The notes under the pieces were generated by a model. The model was not told where the DNA came from. It saw nothing but the letters and a program-made list of their open reading frames with translations, and ran no database searches. The position numbers and the translations under genes are program-made. This document shows, piece after piece, positions 1 to 8,783 of a stretch of DNA of 32,000 nt; within the stretch, counting starts at the first letter, position 1, and each line of letters opens with the position of its first letter. Source of the stretch: Saccharolobus solfataricus (GTDB taxonomy: Archaea > Thermoproteota > Thermoprotei_A > Sulfolobales > Sulfolobaceae); contig NZ_LT549890.1 in NCBI RefSeq assembly GCF_900079115.1, forward strand, positions 2,190,001 through 2,222,000, read 5' to 3'.

Positions 1-1292
1 TCATATGTGAATGCTGGTATATAAACTACGTCATTAGTAACAGGATCTATATCAATTATTTCGTCAACTTCAACCACTCTTCTTATTAAATTGCCTTTTT
101 TATCGTATAGTGCGGTCTGAAATAGTGCTATATTAAGGTTATTAATATAACTTTTAGGCACCTCTATAGGATAACCAGTAAGCCTTTGTACAAGCGTTCT
201 TATATTTGCTGCATGAAAGGTTGCCATAACTGAATGACCAGTCTGCATTGCTTGGAATGCTACGTTCCCTTCCTTATCTCTTATCTCGCCTACTAAAATA
301 TAATTAGGTCTTTGCCTTAAAGCAGCTTTAAGTAAGTCGAATAATTTTACACTTCCCTCACCACCTGTTTCTCTAGTAACTTCTGCTACCCAATTAGAGT
401 GCGGTACTGTAAGTTCTGGAGTATCTTCTATTGTTACTATTTTTAAATTTGGAGGGATGAAAGCAGTAATTGCGTTGAGGGTAGTTGTCTTTCCGGAGGC
501 AGTTTCTCCGCATACGAACAAGTTCATTCCCTCGTCTAACATCATCCATATATATGCTGCAAGAAGTGGAGACAATGTACCGAAGGAGATTAACTGAGTT
601 ACACTGATTGGTATTTTACTGAATTTTCTTACAGTTAAATTAGAACCTCTTCTACTTATATCAATTCCATAAACGAAGTTAACTCTTGATCCATCTGGCA
701 AGCTTGCATCAATTATTGGCCTGTTATGAGATACTGGTCTATATGTTTTCTCGCTTAAAGAAATTATTAGATTGTCTAGCTCCTCTTCATTCTCAATTAA
801 TAATGATGTCCTCATAGGGCCGAATACCTTGTGCACAATGTAAATGTGACCTAAGCCTGGAATCGATATATCCTCGATAAATGGATCCCTAATTAATGGC
901 TCTAATATGCCTGAATATAATTTATCTCTTACGAAATGATAAATTGCGTATTCCTTTGGTACAGATATTCTTATCTTAGTTAGTATTTTATCTAAAACTC
1001 TCCTCATAAGTATCTCCTTTTCTTCGACAGTAGGTGGTGGCTCTGTATTACCAATGGTTTTTGCGAATTTCTCCTCTATTTCTTCTATTTCTTTAGGTTT
1101 CGGTCTCGGAGGTTCTATCACCGTATATTGGTTATAACCATCCTCTGCCTTTGTACTCTGAACATGAATGTAAATGTATTTATCTACTTTATAAATTGCA
1201 TTATAATTCTTACTACCTTTCAGTTTATTCGGGTCATCAATCATTACTGGTTTTTCCGGAAATCTAGATAAGTAATCTTCAATAAAGCTCAT
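1..1292 (-). CDS. flaI: Archaellum assembly ATPase FlaI/ArlI (VirB11/secretion ATPase superfamily); its 3' end runs off the window
   Basis: Open minus-strand frame from ATG at 1292 to the window edge. It is absent from the ORF track because there is no stop in the window. My translation starts [21 protein letters not shown] and contains Walker [17 protein letters not shown] and [14 protein letters not shown]. It starts 2 nt after the flaH stop, in canonical operon order. Confidence 0.9.
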   Translation of the reverse strand, partial: MSFIEDYLSRFPEKPVMIDDPNKLKGSKNYNAIYKVDKYIYIHVQSTKAEDGYNQYTVIEPPRPKPKEIEEIEEKFAKTIGNTEPPPTVEEKEILMRRVLDKILTKIRISVPKEYAIYHFVRDKLYSGILEPLIRDPFIEDISIPGLGHIYIVHKVFGPMRTSLLIENEEELDNLIISLSEKTYRPVSHNRPIIDASLPDGSRVNFVYGIDISRRGSNLTVRKFSKIPISVTQLISFGTLSPLLAAYIWMMLDEGMNLFVCGETASGKTTTLNAITAFIPPNLKIVTIEDTPELTVPHSNWVAEVTRETGGEGSVKLFDLLKAALRQRPNYILVGEIRDKEGNVAFQAMQTGHSVMATFHAANIRTLVQRLTGYPIEVPKSYINNLNIALFQTALYDKKGNLIRRVVEVDEIIDIDPVTNDVVYIPAFTY

Positions 1293-1294
1293 GG

Positions 1295-1999
1295 TTAAGC
1301 CCTCGATAGGGATAGTGGTACGACCTTTATTCCTAAAGCTGGGTCTATATCGAATGAAATAGCATCAGCTCCTTGTATACCACCTATTGTTTTAATTCTC
1401 TCTAGGACCTTTATTCTTCTTCCTCCTATGCTTGTTGCAGAAAGTTTAAAATAAACGTCGACTATGCTTGTGATTCTACTCTTTAGTTCCTCATTAAACA
1501 CATCTGGGTGGACGGTAAATAATATAAGCTTTCCTAGATCAACTAACACTCTAGCATCTTTCATGAATTGCAAAATTTGCTTTATTTCTGCGAACGTGGC
1601 AACTATTGACAAACTATCGATAATGATGAAGTCCATATTCTTCCTCCTTTTTATGAAGTCTATGATTATCTCAAGTATTTTATTTGCTAATCTTGAATTC
1701 CAATTAAATTTATTCGTGTTTAACGGAGCAATTCCTAAGACGCCTTTTAAGAAAAACGGTATTAGATCAATTTTTACATCTTTCATCTTTTTCAAATAGT
1801 CTTTACTAGTTTGTTCTGTCGTTATTATATAACCCTTTTTCCCACCTATTAGTAGTCCATAACAAAATTGTGCAGATAAAACACTTTTACCAGTTCCATG
1901 ATCTCCCTCAATCATGATTAGTGCGGGAAACGGCAATCCAGATAATCTTCTATCTAAATCCTCATTTCCGGTTTTTATTATCACAGTATACCCCTCCAT
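1295..1999 (-). CDS. flaH: Archaellum protein FlaH/ArlH, RecA/KaiC-like ATP-binding protein
   Basis: 234 aa with Walker A GDHGTGKS and a KaiC/RecA-like fold pattern. It overlaps the flaF end by 19 nt and sits between flaF and flaI. Confidence 0.88.
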   Translation of the reverse strand: MEGYTVIIKTGNEDLDRRLSGLPFPALIMIEGDHGTGKSVLSAQFCYGLLIGGKKGYIITTEQTSKDYLKKMKDVKIDLIPFFLKGVLGIAPLNTNKFNWNSRLANKILEIIIDFIKRRKNMDFIIIDSLSIVATFAEIKQILQFMKDARVLVDLGKLILFTVHPDVFNEELKSRITSIVDVYFKLSATSIGGRRIKVLERIKTIGGIQGADAISFDIDPALGIKVVPLSLSRA

Positions 2000-2469
2000 A
2001 TTGCTTCTGGTCCATAATTAGAGGCAACTACTACAGTAGCCATAGTATTAGGGTATGGAGGATATGGTAAATCAGCTATAAATGTACCTACCATGTTTGG
2101 ATTAATTAAAACGGTATTTGAGACCCATTTATATGGGCCTAAGTTTGTGGAGTAATTATAGTTAGAAATTATAAGAGTAGATATGTTACTTATATTTGCA
2201 TAATATTTAATAATTATTGCGAAATCCCTAAAATCAAATAATGCAGTAGATCCATTATTGGTTATTGTTATATATAATAAGTTACCATTTATCGCTATAC
2301 TCTTTATGAATATTCTAGTGTTAAGTTGATTTAGTTCCATGTTTTGCCTTAAATTCTCTGCATGCAATAAGAGTTGCTGACTTTTGATATACGCTTCTAA
2401 AGCAATTAATCCCAGCGAAATTGTAATGAAAAATATTAGCACATATGCTACTACTTGCGAGACTCCCAT
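1981..2469 (-). CDS. flaF: Archaellum stator/S-layer-binding protein FlaF/ArlF
   Basis: 162 aa with an N-terminal TM helix (VVAYVLIFFITISLGLIAL) followed by a beta-rich domain. It is the second of the FlaG/FlaF pair in the crenarchaeal order flaB-X-G-F-H-I. Confidence 0.8.
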   Translation of the reverse strand: MGVSQVVAYVLIFFITISLGLIALEAYIKSQQLLLHAENLRQNMELNQLNTRIFIKSIAINGNLLYITITNNGSTALFDFRDFAIIIKYYANISNISTLIISNYNYSTNLGPYKWVSNTVLINPNMVGTFIADLPYPPYPNTMATVVVASNYGPEAIWRGIL

Positions 2470-2640
2470 ATCTAACTCGCCTCAAATGTATAGCTGACTG
2501 AGTATCCATTAGGGGTAACCAACTGAACTGTATAATATTGCGTAGTGGATAATGGTGAGGATAAATATATGATAATTTTAGCTACAGATCCAGGATATAA
2601 TGTATTAGTATTAACAACCCAATAGGGTAATGTACTAGAG

Positions 2641-2648
2641 TTATATCC
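2641..2648. repeat. Target-site duplication (left copy) TTATATCC
   Basis: Identical octamer at 3822-3829, immediately outside both TIRs. Confidence 0.9.
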
Positions 2649-3821
2649 GGGAGTGTTCTCATGCAGTCATCTTATTCGATATCATATAGTAAAATTAAAT
2701 CAGGCTAGAAATTTTCACAATTAGTCGTTTCGATCGAGATGCAGCCAATGAATTAGAACATGAAAACAGCCTCTGAAAAAGCTTATGTGCGAGGGTTGCG
2801 AGATTTTTTGTGAGGGTTACCAGGATGAACCTCGTAACCCTCGCACAATTAATACTTATGATTCTAAGAAATTTAAATCTTAAGCCGAGAAAGTACGAGC
2901 TAAAGGATATTGCATTAGCATTAGCAGCCTACTCCTTGGGAGTTCAAATCACGAAAACGGGAATCCCACCATCAACCCTATACTACTATTTGAGGAAAGT
3001 AGGGATAAGGAGGAGAAGAGAAAGCAGACCAACATGCCCATCATGTAACTCTAACAGAGTAGTGAAGAACGGCTCATCTAGAGGGAAAGCAAAATACAAG
3101 TGTAAAGCATGTGGAAAGACGTTTTACGACGTCACAAGTCATAGAATGGATAGGGAACAGAGGGAGAGAATCTTAAAGGAGTACTTGAACAGGATGAGCA
3201 TGAGGGCAATATCAAGAGTTGAAGGTAAACCATTGACTACTGTTTACAGCCTAGTGAGGAGGATTGGGATAAGGGCCTTTACGAATCTAACGATCTTGAA
3301 GGGTGAGCTCAAGAATTTCACAGCTAAGTCTACGGTGTTTGACGAGTTCTGGACTTATTTCCGTGTTAGGCATGGGGTGATGAGGGAGGATTTGTGGATT
3401 TGGACTGCTCTTGCTGATGGTGTGCCTTTCTATGAGTTTGGGGATAGGAGTTATGGGACTTTTCGTTATCTCTTGGGTTGGTTACCTAGGAGTGAGGTAA
3501 ACTATACTGACTACTATTGTGTTTATCAAGTTCTCGATAATCGTGTAGCGGGTAAGAAGTATACTTATCTTGTGGAGAGCCATAATTCTTGGTGTAGGTC
3601 TCATTTGGCGAGGCTGGCTAGGGATACTAAAGCTGTTACTAGGAGTGGGAGGATGACGGAGTACAGTTTGGCCTTGTTGAATGTAATGTACCCTCACGTA
3701 TTCTCAAGGGAGAGAACTCCCTTAAATGAGGCATACTTGAAGGGAGTACAGTATATTAGAGAAAACTTGATATAATTTTACTATATGATATCGAATAAGA
3801 TGACTGCATGAGAACACTCCC
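2649..3821 (+). mobile_element. Intact IS1-family insertion sequence of 1173 bp. The length and host fit Sulfolobus ISC1173 (name from memory).
   Basis: Perfect 49-bp terminal inverted repeats GGGAGTGTTCTCATGCAGTCATCTTATTCGATATCATATAGTAAAATTA at 2649-2697 and 3773-3821. Perfect 8-bp direct repeats TTATATCC flank it. It carries a single full-length transposase ORF. Confidence 0.93.
2810..3775 (+). CDS. IS1-type transposase (InsA-like zinc finger/HTH fused to an InsB-like DDE domain)
   Basis: 321 aa with the zinc finger CPSCNSNRVVKNGSSRGKAKYKCKACGKTF followed by HTH-like and DDE regions (DEFWTYF...). The start may be the ATG at 2825. The stop TAA 3773-3775 lies in the right TIR. Confidence 0.9.
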   Translation: MRVTRMNLVTLAQLILMILRNLNLKPRKYELKDIALALAAYSLGVQITKTGIPPSTLYYYLRKVGIRRRRESRPTCPSCNSNRVVKNGSSRGKAKYKCKACGKTFYDVTSHRMDREQRERILKEYLNRMSMRAISRVEGKPLTTVYSLVRRIGIRAFTNLTILKGELKNFTAKSTVFDEFWTYFRVRHGVMREDLWIWTALADGVPFYEFGDRSYGTFRYLLGWLPRSEVNYTDYYCVYQVLDNRVAGKKYTYLVESHNSWCRSHLARLARDTKAVTRSGRMTEYSLALLNVMYPHVFSRERTPLNEAYLKGVQYIRENLI

Positions 3822-3829
3822 TTATATCC
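3822..3829. repeat. Target-site duplication (right copy) TTATATCC
   Basis: Identical octamer at 2641-2648. Confidence 0.9.
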
Positions 3830-4109
3830 TATCTGCTGTAGATTTCCTTGCGGGCCAAAGTATAATACACTATTTTTTAAGTTAAAAATTATCGATTCTC
3901 CTATATTATGTAGGTATACTATTACAGTTGTAGAACTGGAATTCGTAACATAATCTATTTGAAGATCAGTAACCAATCTTTGGGATTGTAACATACTATA
4001 TGATACCATATTAGTAGAAATTGACGATACTACGGAAAAAACCGAACCTGCAAGCACTCCTACCAATGTAACTGCTACGATTAGCATTATTGTCTCGCTA
4101 ATCACTTCA

Positions 4110-4868
4110 CTAGCCATTCTTCCCAACCTCCAATACCAATAGATACTTTTTCATTTCTGCAGTCACGGAGGAGTAACTTTCGGCAACACTCATTGCAATA
4201 TTTGCTAAATCTTTTGCTCTTATCTTTCCATTATTAGTCCTAATATAAGATTGTATCTTGTTAACAATGAACATATCATCTGCAGAGATATAACCTAGTT
4301 CATATAAAGCTGTCAACTTAGAATCCTCATAGTCTAAGATTTCTAGCAATACACAATTTCTAATGAAAACGCTCAAATCTATATTCGATGTTCCAACAAT
4401 TTCCGCTACAGCCTTTAATTCTTTACTACCTTCTGGCCTCTGTTCGCCTTTAGACTGCTCTGATATGATATTGAAAGGTGATGATGAATCAGCTTGAGCA
4501 GATTTTAGAGATAAAACGGCATCTTCAATAGAAGAATTTAATTTCTGTAAAGTCTGCTTTAAATCTTCTATAGATGTATTTAGAACATTTACTAGATCAT
4601 TTTGATATTTATCCATTCTACCTATTAGGTTCTTAAGAAGTTCTTCAATCTCCTTGGTAGAATTACTCGTAACTCCTTGTTGTTGCTGATTTTGTGTAGT
4701 AGAAGCAGTTTGAGTTGTTTGTATATTTTTAGGCCTAGTTATTCTTGGCAATACTATCTTAAAAAAGGATATAAAGAATGCTGCCAAGGGTATGCTTATG
4801 CTAATCAGTAAAATAAATAGTGGAGACTCCACTAGTTGTTGCAATTCAGGTAAGTTTATGTTTATCAT
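4110..4868 (-). CDS. flaX: Crenarchaeal archaellum protein FlaX/ArlX
   Basis: 252 aa with an N-terminal TM helix, a Q/T-rich linker and long coiled-coil-like segments. It lies between flaB and flaG. A GGTGAGG Shine-Dalgarno-like motif sits just upstream of the ATG, and the gene overlaps the flaG start by 17 nt. Confidence 0.8.
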   Translation of the reverse strand: MININLPELQQLVESPLFILLISISIPLAAFFISFFKIVLPRITRPKNIQTTQTASTTQNQQQQGVTSNSTKEIEELLKNLIGRMDKYQNDLVNVLNTSIEDLKQTLQKLNSSIEDAVLSLKSAQADSSSPFNIISEQSKGEQRPEGSKELKAVAEIVGTSNIDLSVFIRNCVLLEILDYEDSKLTALYELGYISADDMFIVNKIQSYIRTNNGKIRAKDLANIAMSVAESYSSVTAEMKKYLLVLEVGKNG

Positions 4869-4895
4869 CCCTCACCTCACGAATGCTATAAATGG

Positions 4896-4902
4896 AAAAA
4901 AA
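4896..4902 (-). terminator. Oligo-T tract (T7 on the minus strand) downstream of flaB; a possible partial terminator
   Basis: An A7 run on the plus strand about 40 nt past the flaB stop. Archaeal terminators are oligo-T tracts. This fits the known excess of monocistronic flaB mRNA in Sulfolobales. Confidence 0.3.
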
Positions 4903-4942
4903 GATGAAATACCTTTTTCTTACCTTTTTTAGCACTTTAATC

Positions 4943-5866
4943 TCACCCTATTACTGATACGCTACCCTCTGGCTGGTATATATATTCAGATATTGTGAGA
5001 GGAGATCCTATATTTGGTGTAATTTGTATTGTTATTGTCTGATATTGAAATACATGACTTCCTAGATCTGGTCCAAACAAAAGTATTACTCCTATTACTG
5101 ATCCGGCGGGGGCGATAGCACTCCCTATTAACGGATCTCCTGCCACTGGATATGTAAATGCAAATGTCTGATTAACAAACACATAGTAAGTAACTAGTTT
5201 GCCGCTTATATTGAGAGTGAAAGTAAAACTATTGTCATTCTTCAACCATGATGGAAGGCTAGATAGAGATAGAATGCTACTATTAATAAATATTGGTGAT
5301 GGTGTTTTTGTACTAAGATAATAATTATATAGTGTGTAATTAAGTGCTAGTAACGCATAGTAAGGATTAGGATAATATACATATGTTTGACCTGCACTTG
5401 TCTGCTGATTTACGAGATCTAAGTACTGTCCATTCGCGTATACGACATTCGCTAGTTCAGATGGGGATACTGTTAATAAGGTGTATTTATATATATTTGA
5501 GTACGTCACTCCTTCTGCAGATGCAGTAAACGAGATGGCTGTAGTAGTGGGCGACAATTCCACGCTAGAAACTCCAGAACTTGGAGATACTGTAAAGTAT
5601 ATCCAGTAGCTTCTAGTATTTAATGGATAGTTAACAGCATATAGGACAGAGCCGGATAGTGTTAGTGCTGTTGACGCTGTCTCCTCTCCTTTATTTATAG
5701 TGGATTTGGCTTTCTGTGTCACAAATAATCCCATATTTATAGCCACGTAAGCTAATACTGATGCAGTTATTATAAATGCTATTAATATTATTGCAGTGTC
5801 TAATCCCGCTAATCCTTTCCTTTTCACTTTTTTGTTGTATTCCTTTAACATCTTTTTGGAGTTCAT
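4943..5866 (-). CDS. flaB: Archaellin FlaB/ArlB
   Basis: 307 aa with a class III (type IV pilin-like) signal peptide, ...KRKGLAGLDTAIILIAFIITASVLAYV. It has a Ser/Thr-rich beta domain with many N-x-S/T sequons and is the first gene of the operon. Confidence 0.9.
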   Translation of the reverse strand: MNSKKMLKEYNKKVKRKGLAGLDTAIILIAFIITASVLAYVAINMGLFVTQKAKSTINKGEETASTALTLSGSVLYAVNYPLNTRSYWIYFTVSPSSGVSSVELSPTTTAISFTASAEGVTYSNIYKYTLLTVSPSELANVVYANGQYLDLVNQQTSAGQTYVYYPNPYYALLALNYTLYNYYLSTKTPSPIFINSSILSLSSLPSWLKNDNSFTFTLNISGKLVTYYVFVNQTFAFTYPVAGDPLIGSAIAPAGSVIGVILLFGPDLGSHVFQYQTITIQITPNIGSPLTISEYIYQPEGSVSVIG

Positions 5867-5902
5867 TTTTTGGTCACTTGCTGAAATCCGTTTCTCAGAA
5901 CA

Positions 5903-5913
5903 CTTTTAAAAAT
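5903..5913 (-). promoter_or_regulatory. Candidate flaB TATA box (ATTTTTAAAAG on the minus strand)
   Basis: A/T box about 38 nt upstream of the flaB ATG. An SD-like GTGAC follows it. Confidence 0.4.
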
Positions 5914-5988
5914 CTCTCTCTGATTTTCGACTACAGGTCGACATAACTTTAGGCTATTTTTTAAGTAACTGTTAGCAAGTAATATTTA

Positions 5989-6474
5989 ATGGCTCCTATC
6001 TTTCTAGAATACAAGGTTGTACATGATAATATTACATATTATATTATTTATGTTTTTATATATAATTTATCATTAAAGTTAGTAACAATGTATACAATAA
6101 ATCCAAGTTCTCATACAATTCTTAACTATAATGTATCTTTAGAGCCCGAACAAATTTTTTCAAATATCACTGGAGTATCTACATATTATAGCTTAGATGG
6201 AAAAAAGATTCTTGCTTACGAAGACAACAACGGTAGTATAATCGTAGCATATAACGGGTTAATTCTGAAAAAGGCTAGCAATAACTCTGTTCGTTATCTC
6301 ATAGCTGCTAACTATCCTGGAATTGATAACAGTAAATTTCCTAGTCTTTATAAGCTAGCTGAAATCTCCATTTTTGATTCTAATATAAGGGTCCTAGTTT
6401 TAGGGGTTTTACTAACTATTTTGTCATCCTTCATCCTAAAGGTTATGGTGGGACGATATGATAAGGTTAGATAA
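5989..6474 (+). CDS. Hypothetical protein with a C-terminal TM anchor; paralog of 9610-10098
   Basis: 161 aa with a C-terminal hydrophobic helix (VLVLGVLLTILSSFILKV) and 6 N-x-S/T sequons. A TATA-like ATTTTTTAAG lies about 28 nt upstream, so the mRNA is probably leaderless. Local similarity to 9610-10098: N[LV]S...SH.I.L.Y.V and G[VI]ST. Confidence 0.55.
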   Translation: MAPIFLEYKVVHDNITYYIIYVFIYNLSLKLVTMYTINPSSHTILNYNVSLEPEQIFSNITGVSTYYSLDGKKILAYEDNNGSIIVAYNGLILKKASNNSVRYLIAANYPGIDNSKFPSLYKLAEISIFDSNIRVLVLGVLLTILSSFILKVMVGRYDKVR

Positions 6475-7927
6475 ACGTAACTTCATTCCTTGGATTTCTA
6501 TAGTTCTTTTATTATGTGCCTACTCCATAGGGACTGGCCTGTATATAACTATACAGCGTGTTACGTATTATCCTATATTTGAATCTAAAATTGTTTCAGT
6601 ATTTCTTACAATATTCTCATCATCCTTGATTACTTTTTACAATTATAAGAAATATGTCTTTCTACTTCCGTTATCTCTATTGTCTTTCTTCTCTGTGTCG
6701 TTAACTCCCCTTATAATATCTATATTTATTTTATATGAGTTAAAGAAAGTTGACCGAACAGTTAGTATTATATTGCTAATAATAAATGCTTCCATGATAT
6801 CATGGCTTATTCTACGTTTACTATTAGGCATTAATACTTACTTTTCTATTCCTCTAATGATTTTAGAAGCGGGAGCACCTACGGTAATTCCATTTATATG
6901 GTTTGTTGGAATAATATTATCTGCTTATAAAAGAAATTTAAGTAGTAAAAGCCAACTATTTATCAATCCCTTAATTCCATTCATTGTGGTACTACTTATT
7001 TCTCTAATCCCTTACCTTCCTTTTATAAATCCTTACAAGTTTCCAGAAACTGTTGATTTCAAATATTACTATTCATGGCTTTTGGCACCCACTTTCAGTG
7101 GATGGTTCTTCGACTCCAGGCCTGTGTATTTGATGCTTTTATATGCGTTGTCACTCATTTTTAAACCGTATACAGTAGCGTACTATGAATTTATATTTCT
7201 CTCACTTCTTTATACATATTCTGCATATAAACTAGCCTCAGCAATAGATAAATCTATAGCTTCCTTATCTGCCTTATTAGCTTCGGTATCTCCTATGCTA
7301 ATGACCTTCCTCTATTCTGGTTTGGAAGCCAATTTATTTTCAATATCATTGATGTTTATCTCAATGTCGTATCTTTTCAAAAAAGAGAAATTAAGTTTAG
7401 CGATACTATTTTCTTTATTATCAATGTTCTCTCACATATACGCTTGGGCTCAATTATCAACTGGAATAACTCTATATTATCTTCTTAAATCAATTATACA
7501 TAGATCCAGACCAGACAACTATACATTAACGTATTTGTCCTTCTCAATTCCTTTTATAGCAATTGGACTCTTTCTTATATTAAGTGGCGTTTTTCCTCTA
7601 CCTATGGAATTATTAAATTATACTCAACTTATATACCAGATAGCGGTAGTGAGTTGGGGATCCAACAACGCCTTGCTTTACTTTTTGTTATCGTCTTTTG
7701 GAAATAGGTATGTTAAGGAAGGAGTTCTAAATTTCGTTTATTCAATTTCGGTATTTGGTATTATCTTTGTATCATCAGCAACCAATTTAATTATCGACTT
7801 ACCTCTTTTCATTCCAGCTGCATATACCATAAGAAACGTTAATAGGCGAAGTACTTCTATACTATTGGTCTTAAGTTTAATATTGTGGGGTATCTATATG
7901 AGCATTAACAGCGTTCCTATGCTATAA
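6458..7927 (+). CDS. Polytopic integral membrane protein (>=12 hydrophobic segments), function unknown. The architecture is GT-C/PMT-like, but this is speculative.
   Basis: 489 aa, almost entirely hydrophobic helices. It overlaps the upstream gene by 17 nt, suggesting translational coupling. Confidence 0.6.
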   Translation: MIRLDKRNFIPWISIVLLLCAYSIGTGLYITIQRVTYYPIFESKIVSVFLTIFSSSLITFYNYKKYVFLLPLSLLSFFSVSLTPLIISIFILYELKKVDRTVSIILLIINASMISWLILRLLLGINTYFSIPLMILEAGAPTVIPFIWFVGIILSAYKRNLSSKSQLFINPLIPFIVVLLISLIPYLPFINPYKFPETVDFKYYYSWLLAPTFSGWFFDSRPVYLMLLYALSLIFKPYTVAYYEFIFLSLLYTYSAYKLASAIDKSIASLSALLASVSPMLMTFLYSGLEANLFSISLMFISMSYLFKKEKLSLAILFSLLSMFSHIYAWAQLSTGITLYYLLKSIIHRSRPDNYTLTYLSFSIPFIAIGLFLILSGVFPLPMELLNYTQLIYQIAVVSWGSNNALLYFLLSSFGNRYVKEGVLNFVYSISVFGIIFVSSATNLIIDLPLFIPAAYTIRNVNRRSTSILLVLSLILWGIYMSINSVPML

Positions 7928-8005
7928 CTATGCTTAACATTATCTCGTTGCTTACATAAAAATTTTGTAAGACGATGCTTTGTTAGCTTGTCAAGAGTGT
8001 TCTCA

Positions 8006-8203
8006 GGGAGTGTTCTCATGCAGTCATCTTAATTAGATAAATGATAGTAAATTTATATTCAGATTGGAGGTGCTCATAATTAGTCATTTTGATCTATGGG
8101 TAGCCGTGGAATTAGAACTTGCAAGGCATTTCTTGAAATATGGTTTATGTTTGAGGATTACGAAATTTTTGTGAGGATATAGCTAAGATAAACCTCCTAA
8201 CTT
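8006..8203 (+). mobile_element. Solo left-end remnant of an ISC1173-related element (~198 bp)
   Basis: It starts with GGGAGTGTTCTCATGCAGTCATCTTA, identical to the first 26 nt of the IS at 2649. It stays recognisably collinear with IS positions 1-~197 (AATTAGTC.TTT.GATC, GAATTAGAAC, ATTTTTGTGAGG, AACCTC.TAAC). No right TIR was found. The 11-nt terminus GAGTGTTCTCA is duplicated in tandem at 7994-8004. Confidence 0.7.
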
Positions 8204-8299
8204 GTATAACTTATTACGACTACGTAAATAAAATTGTTGATTACATCCCATAAACTATAATAGTAAGATTTTTATTTTTCCTTAAGAAGAGATTAATTA

Positions 8300-8701
8300 A
8301 TGATAAGAGAGATATACAAGTTACTATTAGTCGGTGTTATCTCCTTCTTAATAATTGTAACTGTAATATCTAGGCTTTACATTGTTCTCGTTCCTATTGT
8401 GTTGTTTTCGATATACTTAATTAATGAGTCTAGAATACCAGAAATAAAAGATTTAAAATCATTTCATAAATACGTGGAAAAAGTTTATGGAAGAGATTTT
8501 GCAGCCATAATTAAGAAGAGATATAACATTATTCAAGGTGATTTAACGTTAGCTTATTTCCCATCGTCAATCGAAGATAATACCGTAGTTATAGCCAATA
8601 CTCATCTAATCTTGAAGATAAATTCCAGAGTATTTGTATTGAGTAAATATGAGGGTGTTGATTACCTAGTAGATATAATTAAAGGGAATGTTGCGAGCTA
8701 A
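8300..8701 (+). CDS. Hypothetical membrane protein (2 N-terminal TM helices plus a soluble domain)
   Basis: 133-aa ORF with plausible codon usage. No family recognised. Confidence 0.5.
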   Translation: MIREIYKLLLVGVISFLIIVTVISRLYIVLVPIVLFSIYLINESRIPEIKDLKSFHKYVEKVYGRDFAAIIKKRYNIIQGDLTLAYFPSSIEDNTVVIANTHLILKINSRVFVLSKYEGVDYLVDIIKGNVAS

Positions 8702-8783
8702 GGATGTATTCTTTATATAGATAATATAGTTTGGCTAATTATAATCAATATTTAAATAGATCATATCGTAAATAATTAATAGA

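Larger units (their letters stand above)
2472..4126 (-). pseudogene. flaG: flaG/arlG interrupted by an IS insertion. The N-fragment is 3822-4126 and the C-fragment is 2472-2648.
   Basis: ORF 3722-4126 encodes an N-terminal TM helix plus FlaG-like sequence up to ...NLQQIGY, then reads into the IS terminal repeat (KGVFSCSHLIRYH...). Removing 2649-3829 in silico continues the frame as NSSTLPYWVVNTNTLYPGSVAKIIIYLSSPLSTTQYYTVQLVTPNGYSVSYTFEAS, ending at TAG 2472-2474, 2 nt before the flaF ATG. The reconstructed protein is 157 aa. Confidence 0.9.

Noticed and set aside
1464-1799. Antisense shadow ORFs. This one is inside flaH. Others: 2321-2509, 3482-3697, 6643-6831, 11553-11786, 11713-12075, 14728-15036, 15404-15727, 18061-18483, 18822-19013, 19798-20208, 22813-23085, 24199-24429, 25205-25390, 25808-26005, 26581-26859, 27377-27592 and 28109-28348.
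   Set aside because: Each lies wholly or largely inside a longer opposite-strand ORF with recognisable family motifs. Their sequences are low-complexity or hydrophobic, as is typical of antisense frames in AT-rich DNA.
3722-4126. 134-aa ORF that looks like a complete gene
   Set aside because: Only the first 101 codons are FlaG. The next two (KG) run from the duplicated target site into the IS, and the remaining 31 are read-through into the right terminal repeat of the IS. It is annotated as the N-fragment of a disrupted flaG.
4886-4892. TATA-like TTTATAG (minus strand) as an internal flaX promoter
   Set aside because: It is centred only about 21 nt upstream of the flaX ATG, so a transcription start about 26 nt downstream would fall inside the coding region. 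The GGTGAGG Shine-Dalgarno-like motif argues for translation from a longer read-through mRNA.
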